Shown: positions 25,688 through 39,786 of the stretch, one piece after another
Numbering within the stretch: position 1 is the first letter of the stretch
Layout: every line of letters starts with the position of its first letter
NCBI RefSeq assembly: GCF_009914755.1
Contig: NC_060925.1
From: the human T2T-CHM13v2.0 reference genome, Homo sapiens
Direction: 5' to 3' (one strand)
DNA length: 64,000 bases
Notes under the pieces: model-generated
The model's database searches: none
Seen by the model: only the letters and a program-made list of their open reading frames with translations
What the model was told of the DNA's origin: nothing
Made by a program: the position numbers and the translations under genes

Positions 25688-27092
25688 GCAATTTAGAATA
25701 TTTACCTTCTAGAATATTTTCTGGCCAATAGATAAGTGACTTCTAGATTACCTGTATGCTTTTGAGGCTTGCTTTGAAGCTGCTTTTTTGGTGGGTTTGG
25801 AATAATCTTAACTCTAAGGCTAAGTTAGTTATATTTCTACGATGTGGCCATTCTGCTGTGTCTACTATAGATCCCATGTGCTCAATACATTTTAATTTAA
25901 ATTATTCTTGGCCGTCTGTGTGCTATGGGAATTACTAACCCTACACTTTCCAGGTAATTGTTTTTTCCTCAGAAATATTTCTTGCTAGGTGGCATGGGTT
26001 TTCATTCTATGCATGCACAGATTAGTGGTCTGCTAATAACTCAGTGACACACTCTGATAATGTCTGTTCCTCAAATCCTAGATATCTGGCCCTCTCCTTG
26101 TCTCCTAGGGATGCTAGATTTCATTTTGCGCTGCAATGCAGCAGTTTTCTCCAGTTTGAAGTATCAGCAGTGGCAAAATCTTCTTCATTTTCTTTTGTTT
26201 TCTTAACAGTCACATAGTCCTATGATACAAATTGGCCAATGTTTGAGTTCTTTCTTAATATTTTTCAGCTTTCTAGTTGTTTCCAGTTAGAGGACAATTT
26301 GGTGCTTTGTTTTTCTCCCACAGTTGGAACTGGAAATTGCCCTGAGCACTTCCTTTGAACTTCCTTCACGTATCAGGAAAATTTTGTCCATTATGAATGC
26401 AATTGTTCAAAATTTGAAACAATAGCTCATTTCTCATTTTTAAAAATTATTGCATAGACATGAGACTTATATTCTGTAAATAGTGATTTTAAATAGTAAT
26501 GTAAGAACATCTGTATTCAATGAAATCCATTTTCTGGATAAAGTTAAATAGACATTCTGAATTTAGGGTGTGCTATTGCCGGAGTTTCTGACATTCAAAG
26601 CCAGAGTAGTTGCGGAACTATCTACAGCAATGGAGTTTTCCTTGAACAAGTACAGCTCAAAAATGGAATTAATATTGTATTTGGAGGGCTGATGAAAACA
26701 GTAATTTTTAAAATTACACAGTATATAGTAAACTATCAATAATTGGTAACTTTTATTGCATAATTGATAGGATGATGGTGTTTAGGAAAATAAACCTTAA
26801 TTTTCAAACAAAAGCTAAATTTTGTTTTGTCTGTTCTGTTACCATTCTTTATTTCTTCCTCACTCTTTCCCTTTCCCTTTCCTTCCTTTTTCCTTTCTGT
26901 GCTCCTTTAATGAAAGCTGTGGATTGGTTCCTTTGTGCCTCTTCTGTCTACAGCCTGTGAAATTAATTAAACTTTGCAAATTTAGCATGAATTCCAACTG
27001 AAAGATGACACTTTTTTACTTAGTATGCTATTTTCCCCAAATACAAGCAATGCAAAGTAAAGCTTCACCTGAGTGGTGAATAGAAAAAGCTC

Positions 27093-27161
27093 TGAGACCA
27101 GCCTGGCCAACATGGTGAAACCCCATCTCTACTAAAAATACAAAAATTTTAGTAGAGATGG
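27093..27161 (+). mobile_element. Isolated internal Alu fragment ending in a fold-back
   Basis: tgagaccagcctggccaacatggtgaaaccccatctctactaaaaatacaaaaa followed by inverted copy ttttagtagagatgg. Confidence 0.9.
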
Positions 27162-27768
27162 ATCTTCGGATTTAGCAATCCAGTACTCCCATTGTTCTTT
27201 GAAGAGGCCGTCTTATACTGTACAAGCCCCTTTATCCTGCCCTGAGTAAGTTCTCTGCCTTGTTAACTCTAGGGTCCCTCAAGCTCTAGTGTCCTATATT
27301 GACGGTCTTTTAGATTGGAGAAAGATGGGGCAGGCACATCCGCATTAAATCATATACTTGCTACAACACAGTTATGTATGAACTCAGGCATTGGATTTTC
27401 CACTCTTTCATAAGGTCTCTTTGAAGTTTCAGTGTGGTTATCAGTCCTGGTGAAGATCTATCAAAGCCTTATATTCTTTAGTTTCCTTCACAGCATTGGG
27501 AGAAGTTGACTTTCTTCATTAAAGATCATTTATTCTGTAAGAATCTTAGTCATAATTTATTGTTAATTGAATTTTTGATTATTGAATAAATTCATTCATG
27601 CATATATTCATTTCATGCGCTCATAAACTGTGTACATTATTGTAATGTAAAAATAATGAAAAAACATAAAATACAAATTCCTCAGAGGAGTTTGTATTTT
27701 ACGTACTCTATATTAACTTAAAATAAATTTTGTTTCATTCTATAGGGATTTCCAAATCTCCCTTTCTT

Positions 27769-27772
<4 letters not shown>

Positions 27773-27806
<34 letters not shown>

Positions 27807-27807
27807 T
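27773..27807. repeat. (TG)n microsatellite
   Basis: Read directly. Confidence 0.95.
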
Positions 27808-30800
27808 TCCTGTCAAATTTATGTCACAATATTTTTACCCTACATTTCAATACTTGATCAAATAATGTCACATCCAATCTATATTTCTTATTATCTCATA
27901 CAAAAATTCTCTAGAGCTGCCTTATAAAATTTAAAATGATTCTGACATATTTTGAATAAAATTGATCAAAAATGTCTTTTTTCTCCTAAAAATGTTTGAC
28001 ATCATTTCTATGCACCTATAAATGTGATCTATATATGTATGTGTACATATATATACATTTTTATATATTATGGATATATGTAAAATATTTCATGTATATG
28101 ATATATAACACATACCTATATGTATATATCCATACACACATATATATTATTTACATATCTATTTTTCTATAGCATTTGCCTCTTTCTAAGTTAAAATTTA
28201 TCATGTTAAAATAACTATTTATTTATAAACAGCATTTAGTAGTGTTTCAAATGAGAAAATGATGGCATTGCCCTAAGTGAATTAATTCCCCCTAACACAA
28301 CCAGTCTGGTGTTTCAAAAAGTGTATAGTTCTCCTGAGTGTGTTAATGTTTTTAAATTCAATAAGAAATATCTGGCAAATAAAAATGCAAATAAACCATA
28401 CATATGATTTATAAAATAATCCTATTCCATTGAAAACATTTTTTCTGCTTAAGAAACTGAAGATCTGCACAGAATTAAGAGTTTAGAATATATTTTTCTA
28501 TTTCCTAATCAAACTTTATATTGTTTATATTAATTATAATGAGTCTCAGAACCATTTACAATAAGCTGTTGTTACTTTCTTTCATATTAATGCATTCTCT
28601 CCAAAATGTTACATCTCCTCTTTTCTGCTAATCTGTTTTTCCACTAATTATTTACATTTTTCCTAGAATGTTCAACATAGTAAGGGACTATATATTCAAA
28701 ATGATAACTTTGTATTATGAGGGATTCTGAAAGCATATTCCTCATACTGCAGAGTTATACATATACACATATATATTTTAATATATGCATATATATGTAT
28801 CCACATTAATCCTAGGGGAGTATGGGTTGCAATTTACATGGAATGAATTTTAAAATTGGAAGTAGTTTTGAAAGAAAGGCAACATATCACATCCTACATG
28901 CTAAGCATGGATAGACAGCACTAGAACATAAAATGTCATAAAATAATTTTTAATTATTTGCAATCTAAATAACCAAATTGTTAACTAAAGCAACATAGTA
29001 ATTAACAATTGTATTGAATACAAGCAATAAATGAGTAAAGCCTCAAAATGTGGCATTCTTTTTATACTGAATCCTTGATATCCCTGATACATTGATTCTA
29101 ACTCCTAAATCCTCAATACACATTATTTTGTCATTACAATATTTTGTGCTATATTATTTTCAATAATATACTCATATGAGCATCAGTTTTCTAATTTCTT
29201 AGTGCCACACATTACATCCTGAGCTATCGTACATAGTCTTCTCTACCTGTTCTTACCAAGCTAGTGAGAATGCTTTTCACTTTTCCTCCCAATACTTTGT
29301 TAAGACCCAAGGTTAGTTTGAGATTTAAGGAAGGCATTCTTGGAATAGGAAAAGGATATCTCTGTTTTCTGTGGCTAAGCACATTGAACTTCTACTGTGA
29401 ATTTTGAGGAAAGGTTTCAGCTATTGATAAAGTGTGACTTTATTTTTTATTAGGTGGTGCTATTCCACATACAGAACATATATACATTTACAAGTTCTGT
29501 ATACATATGTTTACATATTTATACATTTCCTCAGGGGCATTAAAACAAAAATAATTTGTTTAGGATAAACAAAATTCTATTGTCTGCTATTATCACATAA
29601 CACTAGTAGTCCATTTTGTATATTAACAATGAGTAGGATCTATCTATACATCATATATATATTACTTATATATAGTATATGTATATATAATAAGGTTATT
29701 ACAAACCCTACTCTGACTTAATCTTTTTTCTATTTCATTTTTTTCTTTCAATATTCTAACGTTTGTTTGCTTTAAATTTATCTAAGTTTAGTTATAAAAA
29801 TCAAGCTAATTTATTTAAATATTAAAAAATTATACTTATAAATCTCAAATTCTTGCCTCAAGTATCTAACATGAGCCTCACCTGCAGATTACACCAAATG
29901 ACAATGTGGGTACAAATAAAATAAGAGACAAAGTCTATGCTTCCTAATTATTGGATTTCACAATGTTTAAATGATGACAAGTCGAGGTCTCACAATCTAA
30001 GAGGAATTCAGATATGGTTGCTGTTCAGGTTTTGTCATAATGTCTTTGTTTCTAAAAAGAAAAAATAAAATTAATTTTAAGTAAGTCATTTTGTTTGATG
30101 AAAGAGTAACTCTAGATATTATTTATGGGGAAGTTATTAAAATGGATGTAGAAAGTTAATGAATTTAAATGAGTAATATTATCTCTATGTCTTAATTATA
30201 GCCAATGCATTTACACATCATCAAGAAGTTGATAAAAAATGTTTGTGGCCAATATGAACATTACAATAAGTTATTTAAAATTATTTTTATTAAATTTTTA
30301 TTTTGCTTACATAATCCAGAAAATTTGACTGATTGCACTGATCTCTTAAGTCTCTTAAATTCACTTATGGGCTGAAATGACAGCTGAGCTAATGAAATTT
30401 ATGAATACTGCCTCAAAGCATGAGCAGTGGGTGCCATAGCCAATTTCTTCCATTTGCATAGTTTCTATATAATTTTGTCTCTAAACTGTAAACAGCAGTT
30501 ACAATGGGCCATAACTTATTTTTCTACCATAGGAGATCACTGAAAGTATAAAATACAAGTTGTAAAATATGCATTCAAGTCAAACATGTAATGTATGTAA
30601 TGCCTAGCCACATTAATACTTCCACTGTCAGGCATTCCTAAGGGGTTGCATCAACTATGATGCATAATCAGAAATGTAAAAATTATTCTACATTAACACA
30701 TGAATTATTCATGTTTGCAGCAATAAATAGATGTTTTTTTCTTACCATCTGAATTAGTAAAATGAGAAGTAACATGTTTGATAATTAAGATTCCTGTGTT

Positions 30801-31027
30801 ATTATGTTGGTGTACCATTAATACATAAAGTTAATCTGTAGAACTGGTAATACATGCGTGATTATGATTTATGAGCATAAATCAATTTACAGTTTATGTA
30901 GTATTGATTTATTTCAAAAGAAAAATAACTAAGAAATTATCTCAGAATTATTTATATAAGGAAAAACTTACATAACACATAGCAAAAACATTTCATTGAA
31001 TCCTTTTTAAAAATGGAACTATCTAAA

Positions 31028-31122
31028 TATTCTGAATCTGTAGTCTGTTATGGAACTGGTGCATACATATTTTGAAAACTTCCACAGGTAAATGGTAACC
31101 ATAATCTAGGTTGGAAACCACA
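31028..31122. mobile_element. MER5-like hAT fragment
   Basis: attctgaatctgtagtctg...ttccacaggt...aggttggaaaccac. Confidence 0.5.
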
Positions 31123-33218
31123 GCCCAGACATAGTGTCCAAAAGAGAAATTCTTAGGTGGAATGGTCTTGAATAAGATATAAAATATAATCACATGTAGG
31201 AGACCACAAGAAGAGGGGTGACTTTATCTTGGCCAGAAACAGATAGTCTGGCTATCATTGCAAGCTGCCAGGAAAATAAAATATTCATTTAGTACAATAA
31301 TAAGACATTTTTTTCCTGGTGAAAAGAAATCAAGGAGCAATTATATGCTTGAGGCTACCGCAGATATTGCAGCTTCATCTGCCAAGGGTCCCTATCTCTA
31401 AAAGCATAATACAGTAGTTATCGACCATATGTTTAATGAATTGAATATATCTGAAACAGTGCCAATAGTTATGTACATTCTACAGAAAAAGACTGCTGGG
31501 CAAACATGATAAGTGCCAACAGAAGTTTGGAAATTTCGCAATATATTACAAAGTTTTCCAACTATGAATTAAATAAGCTTTAATTATTAACTGTAAGACT
31601 CAGAAATCTGGAATTATACGTTTTATGAGAGTAAAATATAGCATTTCTTTTATGGTGAAATGAGATTTTCATAGAAGAAGTAGGTTGGGAATTTTAGTAA
31701 TTTCCATTAATTTACCAAACAATCCAGGGCACAAGTTCTCCCCAACCATCTTCATAAGAAGATAACCTTTTTTTCCTTAGCCCCACTGGAAATGGACCAA
31801 AGAAAATAGAAAAACTGTGAAATGTGGATTTGCTTTGTGGGATAATGTGGTTATATGATTTAATTTTACATTGCTGTGCTATATTTTCTCACTTTGATTC
31901 TTTTAAAGATTGGAATGGGCTACAAAAGGCATTTCAGCCCCAATATTACAAAAAATGTTTTTGAGTTTGACAGGGTAAAAAGTACAAGGCTACATGTGTA
32001 AAATTAGTAATTTCATTAAGTTATTCATACCAATAAAGTATAGCATATATTAAGCATTTATTGATTATTGAGAAAATGAGTTCTTTAGAAATTTAAAGTA
32101 AGGAGCTGTTTCAGAGAGTTGAATATATTTAAATACATATGTCTAATTAAACATTCGAACTGGGAATCCGATAACAGGTAGGACTAAAGTAAATGTTTCT
32201 TATTAAATTGTCACCCTTCCCCTTTTTATGTTCTAATGAATAAAAAAATTCTTTCACCTTTTGTATGTTTAAATTAATGTAATTACTGAGATGATGACCA
32301 GAGGCGTAGGGTGAGCCTAAAATCTACCAACCGACTTCGGTAGAGTCGGTTCAGTTTTTGTCCTTTATTTTCTTGGGTTACAATAGTAATCTAATCTATA
32401 CATTTGTGATGAAAAATATATAAGATGTGACTCTGTTAATTGGGGCTAATCCTAAATTTTGTGGGCAACAGTGATACCCCACATTTTAATCAAAATGATT
32501 ATATCTCAAACATAGTCAATCTCTTTATCTTAACTACCTATACAGTAATCCATCAGGTTGCCAACAACACTAATAAATTATACACTTGTATAGATAGATA
32601 GACAGTTTGATAAATAGTATTGACTTGCTATTTTGACACTGTCCCATCATACTGCTGTAATCGTATTTTCACAGTTTAAATGCACCCTCTTCAAAAAATT
32701 GTTAGATTCAATATTCTCCCCTGGCAATCCCCACAGATTTTTAAAAAATGTTTCTTTTAAAATGTTAAAAATATTTGGACTTCAAAAATAACAATGTTTC
32801 AAAGAGAAAATAGTAGCCAATAAAAACTATAAAGGAACTATTAGGAAAACAGTAACCATCAGAGAAGATTGCCTTTATGGTATGTTTTTAGTTGAATCTG
32901 TGTCTCTAAGGTTATGACCTCAGGCCTTGATAAGCAAGCTATGTTTTGATTGATAGCTTCTTTCTTTTATCCTACAAGTATGTATCATGGACCTATTATG
33001 TGCTTATATTCTAGTGGGGTGACACAAAATAACTCCATTAGTCCACAAATAAATGTGGAGTTTCTCAGTGAGAAATCTGTAAACAAAACAAAACAAAAGG
33101 AAAATAATACAGATCAGTTCCAGCTAGGAAAATGGATTCCTCTTTGTTTTCAATCAATCATTAATATATTTTTACTAATGATTTTTCAATAAGATCGTGA
33201 GTATTTGATTATGATGAT

Positions 33219-33555
33219 GGATATGGTTTGGCTGTGTCCCCTCTCAAATCTCATGTTGAATTGTAATAATCCCCACTTGCCAAAGGTGGGGCCAGGTAGA
33301 GATAATTGAATCATGGGGACAGTTTCCCCCATACTGTTCTCATGGTAGTGAATAAGTCTCTTGAGATCTGGTTTTATAAATGGGAGTTCTCCTGCACAAG
33401 CTCTCTTGCCTGCCGCCATGTAAGACATGACTTCCGCCATGATTGCAAGGCCTCCCCAGCCATGTGGAGCTATGAGTACATTAAACTTCCTTTTCATTCT
33501 AAATTACCCAGTCTCGGGTATGTCTTTATTAGCAGCATGAGAATGGACTAATACA
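33219..33555 (+). mobile_element. THE1 (THE1C-like) solo LTR
   Basis: gatatggtttggctgtgtcccc...gagaatggactaataca; 5 bp TSD atgat/aagat with one mismatch. Confidence 0.93.
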
Positions 33556-33619
33556 AAGATGATAGTTACGGCACATGGCTTTCTTATTTTCTGATAGAAA
33601 ATAATATTTCTGAAGAGAA

Positions 33620-33718
33620 TTCTGAGATTTGTGAGGACAGTATTTTTTTCCCAGTGATTAAGTCAATGATTGACATTTAGTAGATTCTCAATAGTGTTTG
33701 TTTGTTGAATAAATGGAT
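33620..33718 (+). mobile_element. L2 3' end fragment
   Basis: tagtagattctcaatagtgtttgtttgttgaataaatg. Confidence 0.5.
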
Positions 33719-36700
33719 CTAGTGTGTTTTGTGATAAATAAAATACTCAGCTATGTACATGTGAAGGGCATCCATTTTTATTTTATAATGTCAATAAGAA
33801 ATTTCAATTATATAATAATTCACCCTGTTGTTAACAATCATAACAATATAAAATGAAAGTAAAAGGAAAGTTTTTTACATAAAATATGTATTCAAACTGG
33901 TTCAATAAATTCTATCATCAAATTCTATGTTTATAGAATTTGTTATTGTACTTTAAGAAGTTCTTAGAAACTTTGGACATAATTATAGCTTTAGAAGTCA
34001 AAGTGGACTATGGCTGTGACACAATATATTATTAGTATCCTAAGTAGCATACCCTAACTACCTAGACTTTTAAAAATTGTTTTGTAAACTTAAATATGGA
34101 ATACAGTGAAAATGTTTTGCATGCCAAAAGTATATGTTGTGTGAGCTTTTAAGTTAGCTAAAAATGAGCTAAACAAATGTAGAAACAAATATTCATTATT
34201 CTGCAATAAAATGCAAGATCATAATACACTAACTATTCTTTGCAGTCTATGTTAGTCTTGTATTCATCCTTATTCATATAAATGAACTTATTACTGTTAT
34301 GAAATGTATAATGCATTACAATGTATGATTCTAAAACTTTTCTGAATTTCCATTTACAATGCAGCTTCTAACTCATTTTTAATTGCTTAGAAAACTATGA
34401 CTAAAAAGAAAAATGCTCCAAGAGGCTCTTTTATTTCAAGTCACTGACAATATGAATTCTCAGTGTAAATATTCATTATTCAATGACAATCAAGACAGAG
34501 GAATGTTCAACCAGATCGCAATTCTCATTCAGTATCTCACACTGCCTCTGTAAAAGCTTTTAAAACATGGATATTTAATCATTGAGAAGATGTTGCAGAG
34601 GCTGAATATTTGAGAAAGAATATTTGGATATTAGAATGCAAGGATGCGTTATTATGCAGTTATTTTTCGTGAATAAGTCACTCGTGCATTTTTAGTGTTC
34701 TAATTTCAAGGCTATAATTCCTTTGTAGAGCTGTATTTAGTAAGTGCAAGCCTGAAAGTTCTGTCAAATTTAAAGAATTGTCACATAAAAACTCTTCAAG
34801 TATACCATGGCTACACTCCACTGAGGCTTATGTTCATTTTATCATTTAATCACATAATTTCAAAGTAAGCAAAAAATACTTTTAATTCTCTAGACTGTGG
34901 ATTTCCAAATTGCTGATGACCATTTCCTTGCCCATATTTCAACCATATATAATGTTGCTGTATGTCGTGTAGAACATAAACTGTGGAAAATCTAGGTACA
35001 TACATATCTATTCAAAACCAAGGATAGTATTGGTGCACTTTGAAATCCTTAAGATGAATTTCTAAAAATAATAAATTATTTGTAAAATACCATGTGACCC
35101 CAAGGAAACCAGATAGTAAAATGTGGTGCAGCCTTTGATTTAATGAGGAATCTTTTTATCACATGAATAAATCTCTTCCAACACATCTCTTCTGTAAAAC
35201 TGATATTTTTTAAAGGAGAAATATTGAAAGACAGAGACATGTATCTTAAAAGCAGAACTGGGTGATTCTAAGATCTGGGCCATGTTGCAGCCATTGCAAC
35301 AAAATCCTCCACGTCACCTTCTGTGAACCTGAGAGAGGCACCTAATAATTTATGCAAATGCATTATCAGGAAACTGCTACCCAATTGCTGCTACCAGTGA
35401 ATAAATCAGGCCTCCAAGGTGTATTTCCTATTTTCTCTCTGATATTAGACAGAAATTTTGATGCAATGGGAGGGTAGGTGATGCATTCCAGCACCATCCA
35501 ATGGGAATCAAAAATTAAATTTAACATTCGAAAAAATTAGATTATTTATCACATTTTGGCCCTGCTGCATATTTACTGTTATTGAAATTCAGGCTGCTTA
35601 TTGTGATCTGCAACTTGAGAGCAGGTTTGCAAGGAGTTTCCAAATAGAATTATGTGTACAACTATTAAAATAACCCACACTATTTGCTACAGTGGGCTTG
35701 GTGTTTGCTCTCTGTAGCTCATTTGTCAGTAATCTCCATCCCCTTTTGCACCTATTTATATTTTTACCCTGAAGCATTTGTTTGAAAACAATAGGAAGAC
35801 ATCAAATTTTAAAAATTATGCTGGAATATTAAAGTACCAGCATTATATAAAGCTGTGGAATCCTATATATGGTATGTAGAAATCCATTTAAATATTTGCT
35901 AAATTAGAAGTAATGTGAAGTGAACTTTGGTTCAGGTTTTTGAGAAACATACATAAAAATAGTAGAAGAAAATGCATTTTATCAGCTGGAAACTTCCATG
36001 ACTTTAATTTTGATGGTGGTAATGCAGATGAGCAATAATGGACTATGTGACTGGACACATGCACCTTTCATGCCTGTGTCAAATGAGAATATTGATGAAG
36101 TTACTTCCATTACTGAAAGCTTGTGACTCATCTCTTCCCCATTCTTACTTTGAAAATTCAATTTGAAAATATTTGAGAGAATCTTATAAAATGCAACCCA
36201 CAATTTTTTTGCCCTATAAAAATACTTTATCTCAATACAGAATGAGATAAAATGATGTATGAAATCCTGAGGAATAACAAATGGAAAAACAATCTTTAAA
36301 GAGATAGGCTTACATATGTTTCTACAAATAGAAAAGTGTGTTGAAATACCAACTACCTAGCATACCAAATATTCTTTGATAATTACTAAACATTAACGAT
36401 ATATAATAGGTTGCATTTTAAAAATAAAATTCTAAAGCACTGTTTTCACGTTTCCTTAAATGGATAGCATTCATTGTAGCCAAGTGTGTATTTGCTTAAG
36501 AAGCTTAATGTGCTGAGGGAAAGTAGCTCCTTTCCAAATCTTGAGCTTTGATTTATCTACAATAGTAACCAAGAGAGCAAAAATTAACTTGTGTATGTTA
36601 ATCCCAATAAATTAAAATTGACAGTTTTCTATGCTGATATGTTAAGAGCCTACTTTCCTTTCCCATCTAAGCTCAGACATGCGAGCTAAGCAAACATGCC

Positions 36701-36777
36701 AAAATTGCTAGTCCCGTAAATCTGGACGTTACTAATGAATAAACCGTGATCCTTATAGCAAGGTGAATAAACCTATT

Positions 36778-36826
36778 TATATTATATTATATTATATTAT
36801 ATTATATTATATTATATTATATTATA
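36778..36826. repeat. (ATTAT)~10 pentanucleotide repeat
   Basis: Read directly. Confidence 0.95.
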
Positions 36827-38913
36827 GAGGAACATAAGAATAAATATAAATCATAGACTGAGAGCATAACCTATTCTAGAACACATTATTTTCAAGTACT
36901 CTGGAGGAATTTTAGTTCAAAGAAAAGCTAATGAATATTAGATATATCGTTTGATATTTTAATTTAAATTCAGCATATGCACTTTAATAACCAATGAAGG
37001 AAGTAGGCTTACTTCAAGATATTACATGTTGTAAAAATAGGTAGGTATTATTTTAGAAAGTCAAAGGAAAGTCCCATTTCTTTCCATTAAGCAGATCAGG
37101 AAAAGGATATGATGAAGGAAGAACCTGACTAGTACAGATTACTTCAAGAAGACATGTTGGTGCCTGTTGCTTCTCTCCCTTGTCATTTGAGTGTTAAAGG
37201 AAAATGTACTAATCTTTTTTCCCTCAAATTTAATTGTACAGATTTGCATCTTTGAGCCAATATTTGTTCCAGGCAACAAAAGAAAATTGAAATAACAAAT
37301 GCATTACTGTCTCAAGAAGATTACATAATACCTAGAGTTGATGAGTAAGAAAGATCAAAGATAACACAAGACACATCTTATACTAATAAAGCATTGGCAA
37401 GTTTAAAGAAATAATGAAACCTTTGGAATTTATTATTAGAAGTTCTCAAGAGCTAAATCAACATTTTCTAACATAAAATTTGGTTGTTCTGAAAACACAC
37501 AAAATCAAAAGTCTGTCTAGAACACTCTCAAGAAGTGAATTAGCATCCTCCACACAGAACTCTGTGCTCTTTAGGGATATAAGTAATCAATTTATCTTCT
37601 GTTTACTTGTGAATGTATTAATTATTTACTTAGTTTTCTGTCTCACTGAAAGAATCATATTTCCTCTTAGCAAATCTAAAATCACTTTACCTTTTGTTTT
37701 GACCTGATTCTTTCTGTCACATAAAAAATATTTATTAGCCTCATATGTTCAATATATGTTAGCACTGCTATCTATCAGAAAAGAAAAACAAATCCCAAAC
37801 CATTATTCCATTTTTTTCACATGATTTCAGGCCATGTCCAGAATTAGGAAAGTAAGAGTTTGAATACTGTACTTTAAATCAACTAGAACTGGAATAACAT
37901 TGATAAACATACAATTAGATTATATTAGGTTCTTGACTCGCCAAAAATACCCTCCGTAATAAATATACAGAAATAATTTTATACTTTGAACATCTTATAT
38001 GTCCTTTACATTACCTTTGCTGTTTCCATAAGCTATATTTCAATAGCATGCATATTGGAGTCAACTTTTATTATGTGAGAAGAATCAGATGCTTAATATT
38101 AAGCAAATGTATTACTTGAAGGAATTTTATAGTCTTTCAGGCAAATAGTTTTTAATTTAACCCCCCAACAAGACTATTAAAAATTAAGAAATGTAATTTT
38201 CCATTCTTACCAAGAAATACTGATATTTGCCAGCAAATACGTGAGTAAATACCAGGGTTGCTGAATTGTTTGTATTAACAGCATTTTCAGCAAGCATTGC
38301 TACAGAGATGTTTCAGGCAAGAAAACATTTCTCAGCAGCCGAGCATTTTTGAACTTGCCCACACTGCTTACTCTATTCTACAGGATCCTATGGGAGAAGG
38401 AGTGTGTATGAAAAAGATAATTTGAAACTATTGTAAGTGGTACAATGGAAATAAATTCAGTTGGAACTGGTTCATTTCAACATTAAGCAGGCTTCATGGG
38501 GTGCTTCCTCAGCGACAGAAAAGATTGCCCAGGGAACAAAGCCTCATCACAATGCTGGTAAGGGAAAAGCGTTTCTATGCTACAAAGCTGCAGCTGAAGT
38601 ATTTACTGGTCGAGAGAGGCAACTTACCTTTCCTAGAGTCAAGGAAGACATCTGTTTTTCTACTGTAGAAAGCAAGCATTAAATTGCCTAGTTACTCTCC
38701 GGTTAGCTGAACATCTGGCATCAGTTGTATAAGTTGATCAGAAATCATTTGTTTCTCTTGGTCAACTGTTTCACATACTCGAAAATGCTTGATAGTGCCA
38801 ATGTCTGAGAGAGTATTTGAGTGACAGAAAGCCATTTCTTGACCAGAACAGCCATGGCACTAGTAGATATGTTACTGTATAGATGTATATCGATATGTTA
38901 CTATATGGACATA

Positions 38914-39396
38914 CAGCTGACCCTTGAACAACGTGAAGGTTAGGGGCTCCAACTCCCATGCAGTAGAAAATCCACGTATAATTTTTGACTCCCCAAAAAT
39001 GTAACTACTAATAGCCTACTGTTGACCAGAAGCCTTACTAATAACATAAACAGTCAACACATAGTTTGCATGTTATATGTGTTATATTATTATAAGAAAG
39101 TGAGCTAGAGAAAAATAAAACATTTTTAAGAAAATCATAAGGAAGAGAAAATATATTTACTATTCATTAAATGGAAGTGAGTCTTCATATACATCTTCAT
39201 CCTTGCTGTCTTCACATTAAGTAGGCTAAGGAGGAAGAGGAAAAGGAGGAGTTGGTTTTGCTGTCTCAGGGGTGGGAGAAGTGGAAGTGGAAGGGGAGGG
39301 AGGAGACGCAGGCACATTTAGAAGTTTTATTGAAAAAAAAATCCCCATGTAAGTGAACCTGCACAGTTCAAATCCATGTGGTTTAAGGGTCAACTG
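38914..39396. mobile_element. Tigger2a (MER28-like) TcMar DNA transposon
   Basis: Terminal inverted repeats cagctgacccttgaacaac / gtggtttaagggtcaactg; TA on the left flank. Confidence 0.9.
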
Positions 39397-39786
39397 TTCT
39401 GTACGTCTAGAAGAATCACTAGTGAATATTGGGCATGCTTTATCTTATAAATAAAGGGTGGGGGAGAAAAAACACAAACCAAGGCCCATTATGTTAGGCT
39501 TTTACAAAATGCAAATCTGTCTTGATTTTCATTCAGAGTTGCTTCTAAGACCCTTCTCCGAGCGTGTCCCTTTTACCTGCTCTTGTTGCCCAGTACTGTC
39601 AGCCATAGTCCTCTAAGAAGGCAGATTGAGGTGCCTTCTTATTCAGAGAGATTATTCATGTGATGATGGGCACATGCCAATTCTTATAGGCATCAGATAA
39701 AAAAGTAGAAAGAGAGAGAAATCCTGAAGAATTAGTGTCCTCACTTTTGCAAACCAGTATTTTTAAAAACTTAAAGGAGAAAAAGT

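Larger units (their letters stand above)
24880..26340 (-). mobile_element. Highly degenerate old L1M fragment(s), interrupted by Alu and microsatellite
   Basis: T-rich L1-antisense-like sequence; weak motif matches. Confidence 0.5.

Noticed and set aside
33919-33942. 10 bp hairpin caaattctat/atagaatttg; also a 16 bp palindrome at 57378-57393
   Set aside because: Stems this short and AT-rich are expected by chance in 64 kb
38384-38662. Possible micro-exons: plus 38384-38432 (cag|...|gtaagt) and minus 38662-38628 (cag|...aag|gtaagt)
   Set aside because: Splice-like signals alone, on opposite strands, with no recognisable peptide or partner exons; cannot be supported without RNA data
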